Source of the DNA: an uncultured Enterobacteriaceae bacterium | Lineage (GTDB): Bacteria; Myxococcota_A; UBA9042 | Direction: 5' to 3' | Assembly: GCA_964560875.1 (NCBI GenBank) | Contig: CAZLMW010000059.1 | Coordinates: 3,208 to 45,532, forward strand | Length of the DNA: 42,325 bases | Shown here: in pieces, positions 10,320 through 19,263 of the stretch | Position numbering within the stretch: position 1 is the first letter of the stretch | Layout of the letters: the number at the start of each line of letters is the position of its first letter | Position numbers and translations under genes: made by a program | Notes under the pieces: generated by a model | What the model was told of the DNA's origin: nothing | The model's database searches: none | What the model saw: only the letters and a program-made list of their open reading frames with translations

Positions 10320-11312
10320 ATGCGTGCCACGCTGACCGTCTTCGTTGCCCTTCTCAGCGTCACTGGCGCCGCTCACGCTCGCCCGCCTTCCGCTCCCGTC
10401 GTGCATTCCGTCGTCGTTCGGCCAGGCAACAAGTCGGCCGTCGCGCTGCCTTCAAGGGTGACCCCTGACGCGGCGTTCTCCGTCCCCAAACCGTCGTCAC
10501 CACCGCCCCCGACACAGCTCGAAGCTCGCATCGCGAACGCGGCCGTTTTCGGGGGATACCTCGCTGTCGCCGTCTGGGCTCGGTTCGCGTGGTACGCCGG
10601 GCAGGACCAGAGCGACTCCTTTGTCGTCCTCGACGAAGGCTGGTTCGGTTCCGACACGTATGCAGGCGGCGCCGACAAGCTCGGACACTTCTACAGCTGC
10701 TACCTGGCGACGCGAATGACCGTCCTCGCGCTGCGCAAAGGCGGCTTCTCACCGACGGCCCGCCGAACGCTCGCGAGCGTCATGACCATGGCGTTCTTCA
10801 CCGGCATCGAGGTCAAGGACGCCTATCACCTCAACTACGGCTTTTCGTGGTCGGACATGGTCGCCAACACGCTGGGAACCGCGCTCGGTGTCGCGATGCA
10901 AGCCTATCCGGCGCTCGATCGATGGCTCGATGTGCGCCTGGAATACTTCCCGTCAGCCGCCTATTTGCAGCGGCTCCGCAACGGGGATCCGAATGTGGGC
11001 GAGGACTACTCGGGGATGAATTACGCCTTGTGGCTGAAGTTGAACGCGGTCGCCGCCCTTCGGCAGACGCTGGCTCGCTACATCGATGTCGGGGTTGGGT
11101 TTGGCACCATCGGGTACAAGCCTGGGCCACAGCCGCAGCGTCGCCAGGAGCTGAGCCTTCGCATCAGCCTCAACGCCACGCGGCTGGTCGACGACGCGTT
11201 TGAGCCCCGGTCGCGGACGTTTCGCTGGGGCGCGCTGCGTTTCTTGACGGAGATGGTGACGATCCCGGGGACTTCAGCCGGGGTGACGGTCTACCAAGCT
11301 GACGCGGAGTGA
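10320..11312 (+). CDS. Secreted hypothetical protein, DUF2279-like
   Basis: Sec signal (MRATLTVFVALLSVTGAAHA). A Pro/Ser-rich linker is followed by a domain containing GGADKLGHFYSCY. The family assignment is from memory of the DK..HF motif and is uncertain. Confidence 0.45.
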   Translation: MRATLTVFVALLSVTGAAHARPPSAPVVHSVVVRPGNKSAVALPSRVTPDAAFSVPKPSSPPPPTQLEARIANAAVFGGYLAVAVWARFAWYAGQDQSDSFVVLDEGWFGSDTYAGGADKLGHFYSCYLATRMTVLALRKGGFSPTARRTLASVMTMAFFTGIEVKDAYHLNYGFSWSDMVANTLGTALGVAMQAYPALDRWLDVRLEYFPSAAYLQRLRNGDPNVGEDYSGMNYALWLKLNAVAALRQTLARYIDVGVGFGTIGYKPGPQPQRRQELSLRISLNATRLVDDAFEPRSRTFRWGALRFLTEMVTIPGTSAGVTVYQADAE

Positions 11313-11330
11313 CGTCGCTCGTTGCCCGAA

Positions 11331-13043
11331 TCAGGTCGACGGTGGCGGCTTGCCATCGGATAGCAAACGACGCGGCGGAGCTCGTCGCGGATGGCGCTGC
11401 CAGTTGAAGCGATCGTTGTGCAGCTGCCACCAGCGTCGCCATGCACGGTGACGGCGCGGAGGCGTGCGCACGTAAGTCAGGGTCACGCCGCCCGTCACGC
11501 GTGAAAGCAACGCCTCGGCATTGGTCGCGAGCACCTCGTCGGGACCCCGCAGCATGTCGATCAGCTGGGGACCGAGCACGCGCGGCGGGGCTTCGACCGC
11601 AACACCGGCCCGGAAGAAGCCTTCGTACATCCAGTGCAGCCGGCCGAAATGGGCAGCCCGCGCGTACCAGGTGCGTGCCTCGCGCGGGCCCTCGAAGCGA
11701 CGATTGGCGAGGTATTCGAGCGTTCGCAGGGCGGCGCGTCGGGTGGTTGGGCTCGGGTCGTCGAGCACCTGCATCATGGGCTGCGTCGCGTTTTCGAGCA
11801 GCCAGGGGCGAATCCGGCGGGCGATCTTGCGGCGCAGAACGGAGAAGTGTGAGACCGACAGCAGCTCGCGAAAGTCGTTTCGATCCCGATCGGTCAGACC
11901 CAACATGGCCGCGACATCTTCGCGACCCGCGGTGTCGATTGCGGCCTTGAGCAAGCCGAACGCGCGCCATGTCGAGTGGGTACGTCGCGCCGCGCGCGTC
12001 AACGCCGGAAACGTCCATGATGAGCCGCCCGACCTGAGCACGCCGAGCGCTGCGCCGCGCAGTTTCGCCGACGGATCGTGTGCGGCAAGCCAGGCGATGG
12101 CCTCGGTCGCTTCTCGGTCCTTCGCGTGCAAGGGGGCCAATCCGGCCAGGCTCGCCGAGCGCTGCTGCACGTCGGGGCTGGCAACATCGCCCACGAGCTC
12201 TTCGATCCGTTGCCGACGCGCCGCGTTGTGATCTGCGACCCAGGGCCACGGTGGATCGTCGTCCACGCAACCCGCGAGCACCTCGTCGCGGCTGCAGTAG
12301 ACGCGCACATGAAAATGGTCGTTGTGGCGGCCGGCGTGTAGCGGTTCATGCAGGACATGGGCGGCCCGCTGCAGAAGCCACTCGGGATCGCCGAGCTCAC
12401 GGCCTTTCTGAAGCAGCATCCGGCGCAGCGGTTCCGCAACGTACAACCGCGCGACGTGCACCTCGTGGTCGGTCAGCAGCGTCTTGACCAGGTTCCAGTT
12501 GCGCGCGACGTCGAACGTGTAGTGCCAGCGCCGGTAGCGAGCCTTGCCTTCGTCGTTGAAGCGCAAAAAACGGTCGGGTGCACGCGGCTTGCCGCTCTTT
12601 CCGATCGCGAAAAACGCCAGGTCGACGTCGCGTCCGGCCCGATGGCTGTGGCTCCAGCGGATACGGCCGCCTCGTTGCGTCGACAGGTTGCCGACTCGCA
12701 GCGGGATCCGCGCGTGCTCATCTCGGTCGGCCAGACGGCTTGCCGTGCGCAGGACGAATCCGACAAGACGCTGGGTTCCCCACCCCGTGAAGCGTTTGCC
12801 CACAACGGACAAGCGCATGAGCCCGCGGGCCCGCGCCGGGAGCTGTTCGCCGCCGACAAGCTCGCCGTCGTGGCACGTGCCGAGGGACACCGAACAAGCC
12901 GGCTGTGTTGGCGGTGTGGGCGGCGCTGCGAATGCCGGCTTGGACGCCACGACAAGGAGGCACGCCGTGGCGATTGCGGCAGCGGACAACGCGCGGATGT
13001 GCGAGCGGCTGCGTGCCGTTGCCTGGCTGCGCTGTCCCTGCAC
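11331..13043 (-). CDS. mepA: Penicillin-insensitive murein endopeptidase (MepA-like, peptidase M74) fused to a C-terminal HEAT-repeat domain
   Basis: A GTG at 13043 gives a signal peptide (RSRSHIRALSAAAIATACLLVVASKPAFA). The mature N-domain contains GNLSTQRGGRIRWSHSHRAGRDVDLAFF and ..HNDHFHVRV.., a MepA-like Zn-binding pattern (H-x-S-H-x-x-G-x-D-V-D ... H-x-H). The C-terminal ~330 aa are repeated HEAT-like helices (DPSAKLRGAALGVLR, DDPSPTTRRAALRTLEYL). The listed ORF extends to 13298, but that N-extension has no signal-peptide logic. Confidence 0.65.
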   Translation of the reverse strand: MQGQRSQATARSRSHIRALSAAAIATACLLVVASKPAFAAPPTPPTQPACSVSLGTCHDGELVGGEQLPARARGLMRLSVVGKRFTGWGTQRLVGFVLRTASRLADRDEHARIPLRVGNLSTQRGGRIRWSHSHRAGRDVDLAFFAIGKSGKPRAPDRFLRFNDEGKARYRRWHYTFDVARNWNLVKTLLTDHEVHVARLYVAEPLRRMLLQKGRELGDPEWLLQRAAHVLHEPLHAGRHNDHFHVRVYCSRDEVLAGCVDDDPPWPWVADHNAARRQRIEELVGDVASPDVQQRSASLAGLAPLHAKDREATEAIAWLAAHDPSAKLRGAALGVLRSGGSSWTFPALTRAARRTHSTWRAFGLLKAAIDTAGREDVAAMLGLTDRDRNDFRELLSVSHFSVLRRKIARRIRPWLLENATQPMMQVLDDPSPTTRRAALRTLEYLANRRFEGPREARTWYARAAHFGRLHWMYEGFFRAGVAVEAPPRVLGPQLIDMLRGPDEVLATNAEALLSRVTGGVTLTYVRTPPRRHRAWRRWWQLHNDRFNWQRHPRRAPPRRLLSDGKPPPST

Positions 13044-13377
13044 GTGACTTCCCTCGCAAGCGCCGAATCCCACGAACGTACGTGCCCAACGAGACGTTCG
13101 GGGTTGAATATCTTTTGATCCTCTCGCCGATCTCGGCCAACGGACTGATAGGAGCCCGGACCCGGGGTCAAGCAAGGATCGGATGCCAGCGATCCGCCGC
13201 GAGAGCCACCATGCCCCGGGTCCGGTGCTCCGGCAAGAAACGCTCACTCGCGCCGTCAGCCCGGCGGCCCGCGACCGAACCGAATAACCGGCGGTCAACA
13301 GGCGTTGTCTTGATGCGGCGGTGCAAACCCCCGCGTTTGATCAGCAGCTGCGAGATTCGTAGTGTGAATTCATCGAC

Positions 13378-13394
13378 TTGGACCCCGCGTCCAA
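13378..13394. promoter_or_regulatory. Perfect palindrome TTGGAC-CCCGC-GTCCAA within a ~450-bp noncoding gap. Candidate regulator-binding site.
   Basis: A 6-bp inverted repeat with a 5-bp spacer, seen directly. It lies between the divergently oriented mepA-like gene (-) and the hypothetical gene at 13491 (+). Confidence 0.2.
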
Positions 13395-13490
13395 GGCGTT
13401 TGCGTTCGTCCGGCCGCGATACCAACGGACCCACGGACCCAAACCAGGCCCCCCGCCGGACCGCCCGCACCGGCGCAGTTATCGGAGACG

Positions 13491-14270
13491 GTGATGGACA
13501 CCGTACGACTGAAAGCCCGGCCCCAAACCCCACACCGTGATTCGACACGGCAGCCCCCGCGATCGGCGCGCCGCTGGGTTGCTGCATTGACCATCTTGCT
13601 CGCCGCAGCCGGCGCCGCCTGGTACGTCGCAGGCCCGCCGCCCGAAAGCGGTGAACCGGCGGCTGTCGAAGTCCCGGCCACCGACACGTCGCGCCAACGA
13701 CCCGCCGTGGGTGCGTCCATCATCGTCACCTTGCGATGGGGTCAGACAGACCGGCTCGAGCCGACCACACGCGCCGCCGAGTCCGACGTGAACTGGGACG
13801 GATTCCTCGCGCTCGATTGCGGCCAGATTCACAAGGTCGAGCCGCTGTCGTTCGAGCTGGATGACGACGACGAGCCGGTCAAACCGGACGCAGCAACCGA
13901 TTTCGTTGGGCCGGTCATTCGCGGCGACCAGGGCGACCAGCGCGTCTACTGGCGCTCCCAGACACACACGTCGTGGGACGGCCTGAGAGTGCAGCTCGTC
14001 GCATGCGATCCGACTGGACACACCAGCGCTACGGGCTCGCAGGTCACGTCGGCGCGGCCCACATCGATCTTGCATGTTCATACGGCACAGCGGACCTATA
14101 CGGCGCGCCTGGACTGGTCGGCGAACGATTTCGTGGCGCTCGCGACCGAGCGGCCCGGCCACAAGCTCGAGGTCTACATCAACGCCGAATACGACGAGCG
14201 TTCGATGCGAGGCGCGCGAATTACACGTTTGGAGGAGGCGGAATATCCTTCTTCGGGCCCCGTTCGCTAG
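13491..14270 (+). CDS. Hypothetical membrane-anchored protein
   Basis: The N-terminus is basic, then a TM helix (WVAALTILLAAAGAAWYVAG). GC3 is high over the whole ORF. There are no recognisable motifs. The 3' end overlaps the convergent flotillin gene by 50 nt. Confidence 0.4.
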   Translation: MMDTVRLKARPQTPHRDSTRQPPRSARRWVAALTILLAAAGAAWYVAGPPPESGEPAAVEVPATDTSRQRPAVGASIIVTLRWGQTDRLEPTTRAAESDVNWDGFLALDCGQIHKVEPLSFELDDDDEPVKPDAATDFVGPVIRGDQGDQRVYWRSQTHTSWDGLRVQLVACDPTGHTSATGSQVTSARPTSILHVHTAQRTYTARLDWSANDFVALATERPGHKLEVYINAEYDERSMRGARITRLEEAEYPSSGPVR

Positions 14271-15822
14271 CGTCGCTTTCGGCCGATCCGGCATCGTCGC
14301 TGCTCGCGCTGTCCTGCGAATCCATCATCTTGCCAAACGCTTCGGGCATCTCGATGCCGCCGATGTCGCGCATCATATGGAGCGTGGGCGGGAGCGCGCC
14401 GGCCAGGCCCTGCAGGAACCGCGCCGTGCTGCCTTTGCCGTCTTTTCCAGCGGTGTCCCAAACGGTGATCTTGTCGAATTTGATGTTCTGAATCGCCTTG
14501 GACGACACGTCGGCGAGGTGGTCGACGTGCTCGAGCATCATCAGGCGGAACGCCGCGTCTGAGCCACCGGACGCCTTGACGATCGCACCCAGACCGTCGG
14601 CGCGGGCTTTCAACATCTCGTACTGACCCTTCGCTTCGGCTTCGAGCTTGGCGAAGATCGCCTTTGCTTCACCCTCTGCTTCGATGCGTCGCTTCTCGGC
14701 TTCGGCTTCGGCTTCGACGACCGTCTGGGCTTTTTCGGCGCGTGCGACCGCTTCGACCTCGGCGCGTTTTTCCATCTCGATCTTGCGCGCCAACTCCTGG
14801 GCCGCCCGCGTTTCTGCCCGGTACTGGGCCTCGAGAATCGCCGCTTCCGCTTCCCGCTGCCGGGTCTCGCCGCGCTGCTTGGCCTCGGACTCGCGGACGA
14901 GAAGCTCGGCGTTGGTGTCGGCGATCTTGGCCGCCGCGAGGTTTTCGCCCTCGACAGCGCCCGCCTCTGCGTTCGCTACACGGACACGCTTTTGCTGATC
15001 GGCCTCCTTGACCCGCGATTCTTTCTGCAGCCGCGCTTGCTCTTCGCCGACGATTCGATCGCGCTCGAGGTTGGCGACCTCAACGTCTTTTTCCTGGCGT
15101 GCGCGGGTGACGCCAATCTCCCGGGTACGTTCGGCGTCGGCGACGGAAACGGCGCGCTCACGTTCGGCCTCGGCCACACCGATCGCGCCGCGCTTCTGCT
15201 GCTCGGCCACGTCGATGACGGCCTGCTGGATGGCTTCGGCTGCCGCTTTGCGGCCGATCGCCTCGATGTAACCGGATTCGTCCGTGATATCGGTGATGTT
15301 GACGTTGATGAGGACGAGGCCAATCTTGCGGAGCTCGGGCTCGAGGCTCTCTTGGATGCTGCCGGAGAAGGCGTCTCGGTCGCGGTTGATGTTCTCGATC
15401 TGCAGCGACGCGATTACCTGGCGCATCTGGCCGAAGATGATGTCGCGCGCTTGCTCCATGATCTGCTGCCGGGACAGTCCGAGCAGACGCACGGCGGCGT
15501 TTTGCATGACCGCGGGCTCAGTGCCGATCGCGACCGTGAACACCGACGGTACGTTGACGCGGATGTTTTCGGCCGACAGCGCGCCGGTCAGCGGGATCTC
15601 GATCTGCAGCGGGTCGAGGTTGAGGTACGCGTAGTTCTGAATCAGCGGCACAACGAACGTACCGCCACCGTGCAGGCACTTCGCCGACTGGCCGCCGCCG
15701 ACTTTACCGTAGACGACGAGCACCTGGTTGGACGGGCACCGGCGGTATCGCTTGATGAGCAGCAGCACGAAGCTGAACAGCACGATGACCGCGACAACAA
15801 CGAGGAGGACGACAAATTCCAT
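14221..15822 (-). CDS. floT: Flotillin (SPFH/band-7 family, FloT/YqiK-like)
   Basis: An ATG at 15822 with an AGGA RBS gives MEFVVLLVVVAVIVLFSFVLLLIKRY. The flotillin SPFH core follows (NQVLVVYGKVGG...FVVPLIQNYAYLNLDPLQIEIP...). Then comes a long EA-rich coiled coil (the flotillin domain) and an acidic low-complexity tail. Confidence 0.85.
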   Translation of the reverse strand: MEFVVLLVVVAVIVLFSFVLLLIKRYRRCPSNQVLVVYGKVGGGQSAKCLHGGGTFVVPLIQNYAYLNLDPLQIEIPLTGALSAENIRVNVPSVFTVAIGTEPAVMQNAAVRLLGLSRQQIMEQARDIIFGQMRQVIASLQIENINRDRDAFSGSIQESLEPELRKIGLVLINVNITDITDESGYIEAIGRKAAAEAIQQAVIDVAEQQKRGAIGVAEAERERAVSVADAERTREIGVTRARQEKDVEVANLERDRIVGEEQARLQKESRVKEADQQKRVRVANAEAGAVEGENLAAAKIADTNAELLVRESEAKQRGETRQREAEAAILEAQYRAETRAAQELARKIEMEKRAEVEAVARAEKAQTVVEAEAEAEKRRIEAEGEAKAIFAKLEAEAKGQYEMLKARADGLGAIVKASGGSDAAFRLMMLEHVDHLADVSSKAIQNIKFDKITVWDTAGKDGKGSTARFLQGLAGALPPTLHMMRDIGGIEMPEAFGKMMDSQDSASSDDAGSAESDASERGPKKDIPPPPNV

Positions 15823-15915
15823 GGTTCCTGCTTCCCGCAAGGCGCGTTTGAGCGCCCGGTGATGGGTGCCGCTTTTCCGCAGCGATCGGCTGAGGTGGCG
15901 GCGAGATGTGTTCCG

Positions 15916-16476
15916 CTAGAGCTGGGACACCTCGAACGTTTCGCCGGCGAGGCGGCGCATGATTTTGACCTGGGCGCCCGTGGCCAGCTCGGGGCCGTGC
16001 GTTATCGCTTCGAGCTCACGTTCCTGGCCACCGACGACCACGGTGATCTTGCCCGCGCCGCCGTTGCCGGCGGGGATGCGAAGGTAGACGCGCGCAGTCT
16101 GGCCAACCGCCTCGTCGAGATCGGGCGTGCCGGACGCGTGGAGCTTGCCGAGGCCCCGCATCAACAGCATGACGACCGTCGCCGCGGCGACACCGGCGAG
16201 CACGGAGATGACGAGTGTGAGCGCGCCCGAATCGACGCCAAGGGATTGGCAAGCGAGGCCCGTGAGCCCGAAGAAGGCGAGGAACGCGGTTAGCGATTTG
16301 AACGACAAAAAGCCGAAAAACAGGTTGCTTTCCGCCTCGGCGCCGTCGAGATCGACCTCCGCCTCCACGTCGAAGTGCATGTCCGCGTCGCCGCCCATTC
16401 CGAGCAACTGCAAGACGACCTGCAGCCCGAGCGCAGCGCATCCGACCGCCGCTGAGATCACGTACATCAGGTGCAT
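15916..16476 (-). CDS. nfeD: NfeD-like membrane protein (flotillin-associated, YuaF/YqiJ-type)
   Basis: Three or four TM helices are followed by a C-terminal beta-rich OB-like domain (GQTARVYLRIPAGNGGAGKITVVVGGQERELEAIT). It sits immediately upstream of flotillin on the same strand, the canonical nfeD-floT pairing. Start chosen is the ATG at 16476. Confidence 0.7.
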   Translation of the reverse strand: MHLMYVISAAVGCAALGLQVVLQLLGMGGDADMHFDVEAEVDLDGAEAESNLFFGFLSFKSLTAFLAFFGLTGLACQSLGVDSGALTLVISVLAGVAAATVVMLLMRGLGKLHASGTPDLDEAVGQTARVYLRIPAGNGGAGKITVVVGGQERELEAITHGPELATGAQVKIMRRLAGETFEVSQL

Positions 16477-16537
16477 TGCAGGCCCCTTCGATCCCGGAAC
16501 ATCGCGTTTCGCGCGCCGGCCAACTTGTCGAATCGGC

Positions 16538-16567
16538 GCCATAGTCGCGCAACTGCACGCAAATCAA
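16538..16567 (-). promoter_or_regulatory. Candidate sigma70-like promoter of the nfeD-floT operon (TTGATT-N18-TATGGC on the minus strand)
   Basis: Read directly from the reverse strand upstream of nfeD. The spacing is slightly long at 18 nt. This is speculative in a high-GC myxobacterial genome. Confidence 0.15.
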
Positions 16568-16634
16568 AAGCCGCCCACAGTGTTTGGCGTTGGTGGATCA
16601 AGTCACTGGATCAAGAGGCGGCTAGCCGCTGTCG

Positions 16635-17135
16635 TTACAACACGTCGAGGGGCGACGGGCGCTTCCATTGTGCGGCCGTGACGAGCCAGCCGTCGTCACC
16701 GCGCCGCAAGTCGATCTGCAGCTTCATGAGGTCGGCCGAGACCTTCAGCAAGTCATCCTTGGGCCCGATACGTTGGCCGGCCAGCGCGACGATAACGGCC
16801 GCCTGGGCCTTGTCGTCCTCGACCGTGATCTTGAGCGGGCGCGCATGGACAAATCGCTTACTGTGACGCTTGGTGTGGCGCTCGACGAGGCGCATGACGA
16901 CGTTCTTGTTGCGCCCTTGTACGTCTTCGTAGTCGTCGTCGACGTAGCTGCCGATCTGGCCGGGGCGGCCCGCGTTGGCGTGGTCTTCACAGGCCTTGAT
17001 GACGGCGCGCACCGCGTCGCGAGGGTCTGCCTTCTTTGAGCACGCCGATGACGCGAGGAGCATGCACACGATGGCGGCGAAGTAGCCGGAACGTTGGGCA
17101 ATGTCGTAGCGACGCGACGGCGGATGGCACAGCAT
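16635..17135 (-). CDS. Hypothetical lipoprotein
   Basis: An ATG at 17135 gives MLCHPPSRRYDIAQRSGYFAAIVCMLLASSAC, a lipobox-like LLASSAC. The listed start at 17153 is a TTG. There are no recognisable domains. It is on the same strand as, and upstream of, nfeD-floT. Confidence 0.45.
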   Translation of the reverse strand: MLCHPPSRRYDIAQRSGYFAAIVCMLLASSACSKKADPRDAVRAVIKACEDHANAGRPGQIGSYVDDDYEDVQGRNKNVVMRLVERHTKRHSKRFVHARPLKITVEDDKAQAAVIVALAGQRIGPKDDLLKVSADLMKLQIDLRRGDDGWLVTAAQWKRPSPLDVL

Positions 17136-17283
17136 TGCGTGAGCAGACCGCAACCGCTCGTCGCTTACAAGCGTGACGGGCCTTTTCCGTCCCGCCGCTT
17201 ACCGCTATGCTGCCTTCAAGGTGGTGGCGATCGCAGCGAGTTGCGTCCCGAACGGGGCGAGGCATCGAATTGCAGGAGCTGGG

Positions 17284-17862
17284 ATGCGTCGTTCAATTAC
17301 GACAAGAGGGAAGCCGGGGCGCCGGCGGGTCGCACAGGCGATCGGCGTGGTGCTCGTGTGCCTGTTCGCCGTCGGTGGCGCGGCAAAGCAAGGCAAAGAC
17401 GTCGCCAAGATGCGGGCAACCGCGAGCAAGGCGCGAAAGGCGGTCAAGGACACCAAAGCGCTGCTGATTCGCGCTTTCTCGATCTTGCAAGACGCCCGGG
17501 CCAGCGGCGACACGCGCCGAGTCGAGTGTGTCAACAGTGCGCTCACCCAAATGAAAGGGTTGATGCGGCTTGCGGACAACAGCCTGCTCGAAATGGAAGA
17601 GGCCGAGACGAACAACAACGCCAGCGGCGTCGAACGCAGCGCGACGAAGATCAAGGTCTCGACGCGCAAGGTTCGCGACGCAAATCGACGCCTCAAGTCG
17701 TGCATGGGTGGGTCGGAGATCGGCAGCGGGCCGGCCGGCGGCGCGCTCATCACGGTCGAGCCCGATCCGGACCTGCCGAAAGTCGACCCGACCGAAGGCC
17801 TCAAGGATCTCGACCCGTCGCTCGAGACTCCGCCGTCCGCGTCGCCCTTCTTCGCGTCGTAG
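17284..17862 (+). CDS. Hypothetical secreted protein
   Basis: An ATG at 17284 with an AGGAG RBS. The signal peptide is MRRSITTRGKPGRRRVAQAIGVVLVCLFAVGGAA. The body is alpha-helical and K/A-rich with a Pro/Asp-rich tail. There are no motifs. Confidence 0.45.
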   Translation: MRRSITTRGKPGRRRVAQAIGVVLVCLFAVGGAAKQGKDVAKMRATASKARKAVKDTKALLIRAFSILQDARASGDTRRVECVNSALTQMKGLMRLADNSLLEMEEAETNNNASGVERSATKIKVSTRKVRDANRRLKSCMGGSEIGSGPAGGALITVEPDPDLPKVDPTEGLKDLDPSLETPPSASPFFAS

Positions 17863-17898
17863 CCCCGGCGCTTCGACCGTTTTCCGACCGATCTGCGC

Positions 17899-19263
17899 GT
17901 GATCGACCTGCGATTTCACGCTGGCACCGTTGAGCTTCGCGGCGTCGATGACGCATCGGACTTGCTGACCCCCGACTGGGCCTGGGACCCGCGAACCGGG
18001 TGCCACCGCGCGCCCGCCAGCGCCTATCCACACGTGGTCATGAAGCTGCATCGGCGGCGCATTCGGTACGACGACAAGGCCCGCAACTATGCGACGCTCG
18101 AGGCGAACCTGGTCGACAAGCGCTCGCTGCGGCCCTACCAGGTGCAAGCGCTGGATGCCTGGAAGAAAGCGGGCGGACGCGGCGTCGTGGTGCTGCCAAC
18201 GGGCGCGGGAAAGAGCCTTGTCGCTGTTCACGCGATCGCGGTGGCCAAACGCAGCGCGCTGGTCGTCGCCCCGACTTTGGATCTCGTTCGCCAATGGTAC
18301 GACACGCTGCTCGGCGCGTTTGGCGGTGAAATCGGCGTGATCGGCGGCGGTGAGCACCGGCGGGAGACCTTGACGGTCACGACGTACGAGTCCGCCTGGA
18401 TGCACATGGAGCACATGGGCGCGCGCTTTGGCACGGTCGTCTTCGATGAATGCCATCACTTGCCTACCGCTTCGCACACGCTCGCCGCGATGCAGAGCCT
18501 TGCGCCGTTCCGGCTCGGTCTGACGGCGACTCCCGAACGCCCCGATGGCCGCGAGGCGGACCTGCAGGAGCTGATCGGCGCGACCGTCTATCGGCGTGAC
18601 ATCGTGGAGCTGAGCGGCCGCTGGCTGGCCGAATACGACGTCGAGCGGATCGTCGTCGAGCTGACCGATGCCGAACGAGACGCGTACGTCGAAGCGCGGT
18701 CTATCTACCGGGATTTCCTGCGCCGCAACGGCATTCGAGTTGGTGCGCGCGGCGGTTGGTCCGACTTCATCATGCGCGCCGCCCGCAGCGATTGGGGCCG
18801 CCAGGCGATGGATGCGTGGCGTCGCAGCAAGTCCCTGTCATTGGCAGCCGAGGCCAAGTTCGAGCGCCTCGACGACCTGCTCGCGGCCCACAGCGGCGAC
18901 CGGATGTTGATCTTCACCCAGACCAACGCGACGGCCTACGAGATCGCGCGCCGATTCCTCGTCCCCGTCATCACGCACCACACCAAGGTCACCGAGCGCA
19001 GCGCGATCCTCAAAGGTCTGCGCGAAGGCACGTACACCGCCGTGGTCACATCCAAGGTGCTCAACGAGGGCGTCGATGTGCCCGAGGCGAACGTCGCAGT
19101 GGTGGTTTCCGGCAGCGGGTCCGTGCGGGAACACGTGCAGCGGCTCGGGCGCGTTCTGCGGCCACGTGAGGGCAAGCGCGCCATCCTGTACGAGTTGGTG
19201 GCCGAGGACACCGCCGAGCTCTTCACAAGCACGCGACGGCGGGACCACATTGCTTACCGTTGA
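17899..19263 (+). CDS. xpb: XPB/ERCC3/Rad25-type superfamily-2 DNA helicase
   Basis: The N-terminal ~60 aa resemble an XPB damage-recognition region. Helicase motifs are present: RPYQ (Q/Ia), LPTGAGKS (Walker A), DECHH (motif II, DEcH), LGLTATP (III) and QRLGRVLR (VI). The start is GTG. It overlaps the next gene by 14 nt. Confidence 0.8.
   Translation: MIDLRFHAGTVELRGVDDASDLLTPDWAWDPRTGCHRAPASAYPHVVMKLHRRRIRYDDKARNYATLEANLVDKRSLRPYQVQALDAWKKAGGRGVVVLPTGAGKSLVAVHAIAVAKRSALVVAPTLDLVRQWYDTLLGAFGGEIGVIGGGEHRRETLTVTTYESAWMHMEHMGARFGTVVFDECHHLPTASHTLAAMQSLAPFRLGLTATPERPDGREADLQELIGATVYRRDIVELSGRWLAEYDVERIVVELTDAERDAYVEARSIYRDFLRRNGIRVGARGGWSDFIMRAARSDWGRQAMDAWRRSKSLSLAAEAKFERLDDLLAAHSGDRMLIFTQTNATAYEIARRFLVPVITHHTKVTERSAILKGLREGTYTAVVTSKVLNEGVDVPEANVAVVVSGSGSVREHVQRLGRVLRPREGKRAILYELVAEDTAELFTSTRRRDHIAYR

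Noticed and set aside
11170-12439. Multiple 150-370-aa ORFs on both strands inside the mepA-like gene
   Set aside because: They are shadow frames. Only the frame ending at 11331 yields the peptidase motif and HEAT repeats.
13168-13587. 139-aa minus ORF in the long noncoding gap
   Set aside because: It is Gly/Arg/Ala-rich, has no RBS and no domain, and overlaps the better-supported + ORF start. I kept the region as noncoding but flagged it.
17293-18477. 394-aa minus-strand ORF
   Set aside because: It is antisense to the XPB-type helicase and the secreted hypothetical gene, and it is Arg-rich low complexity.
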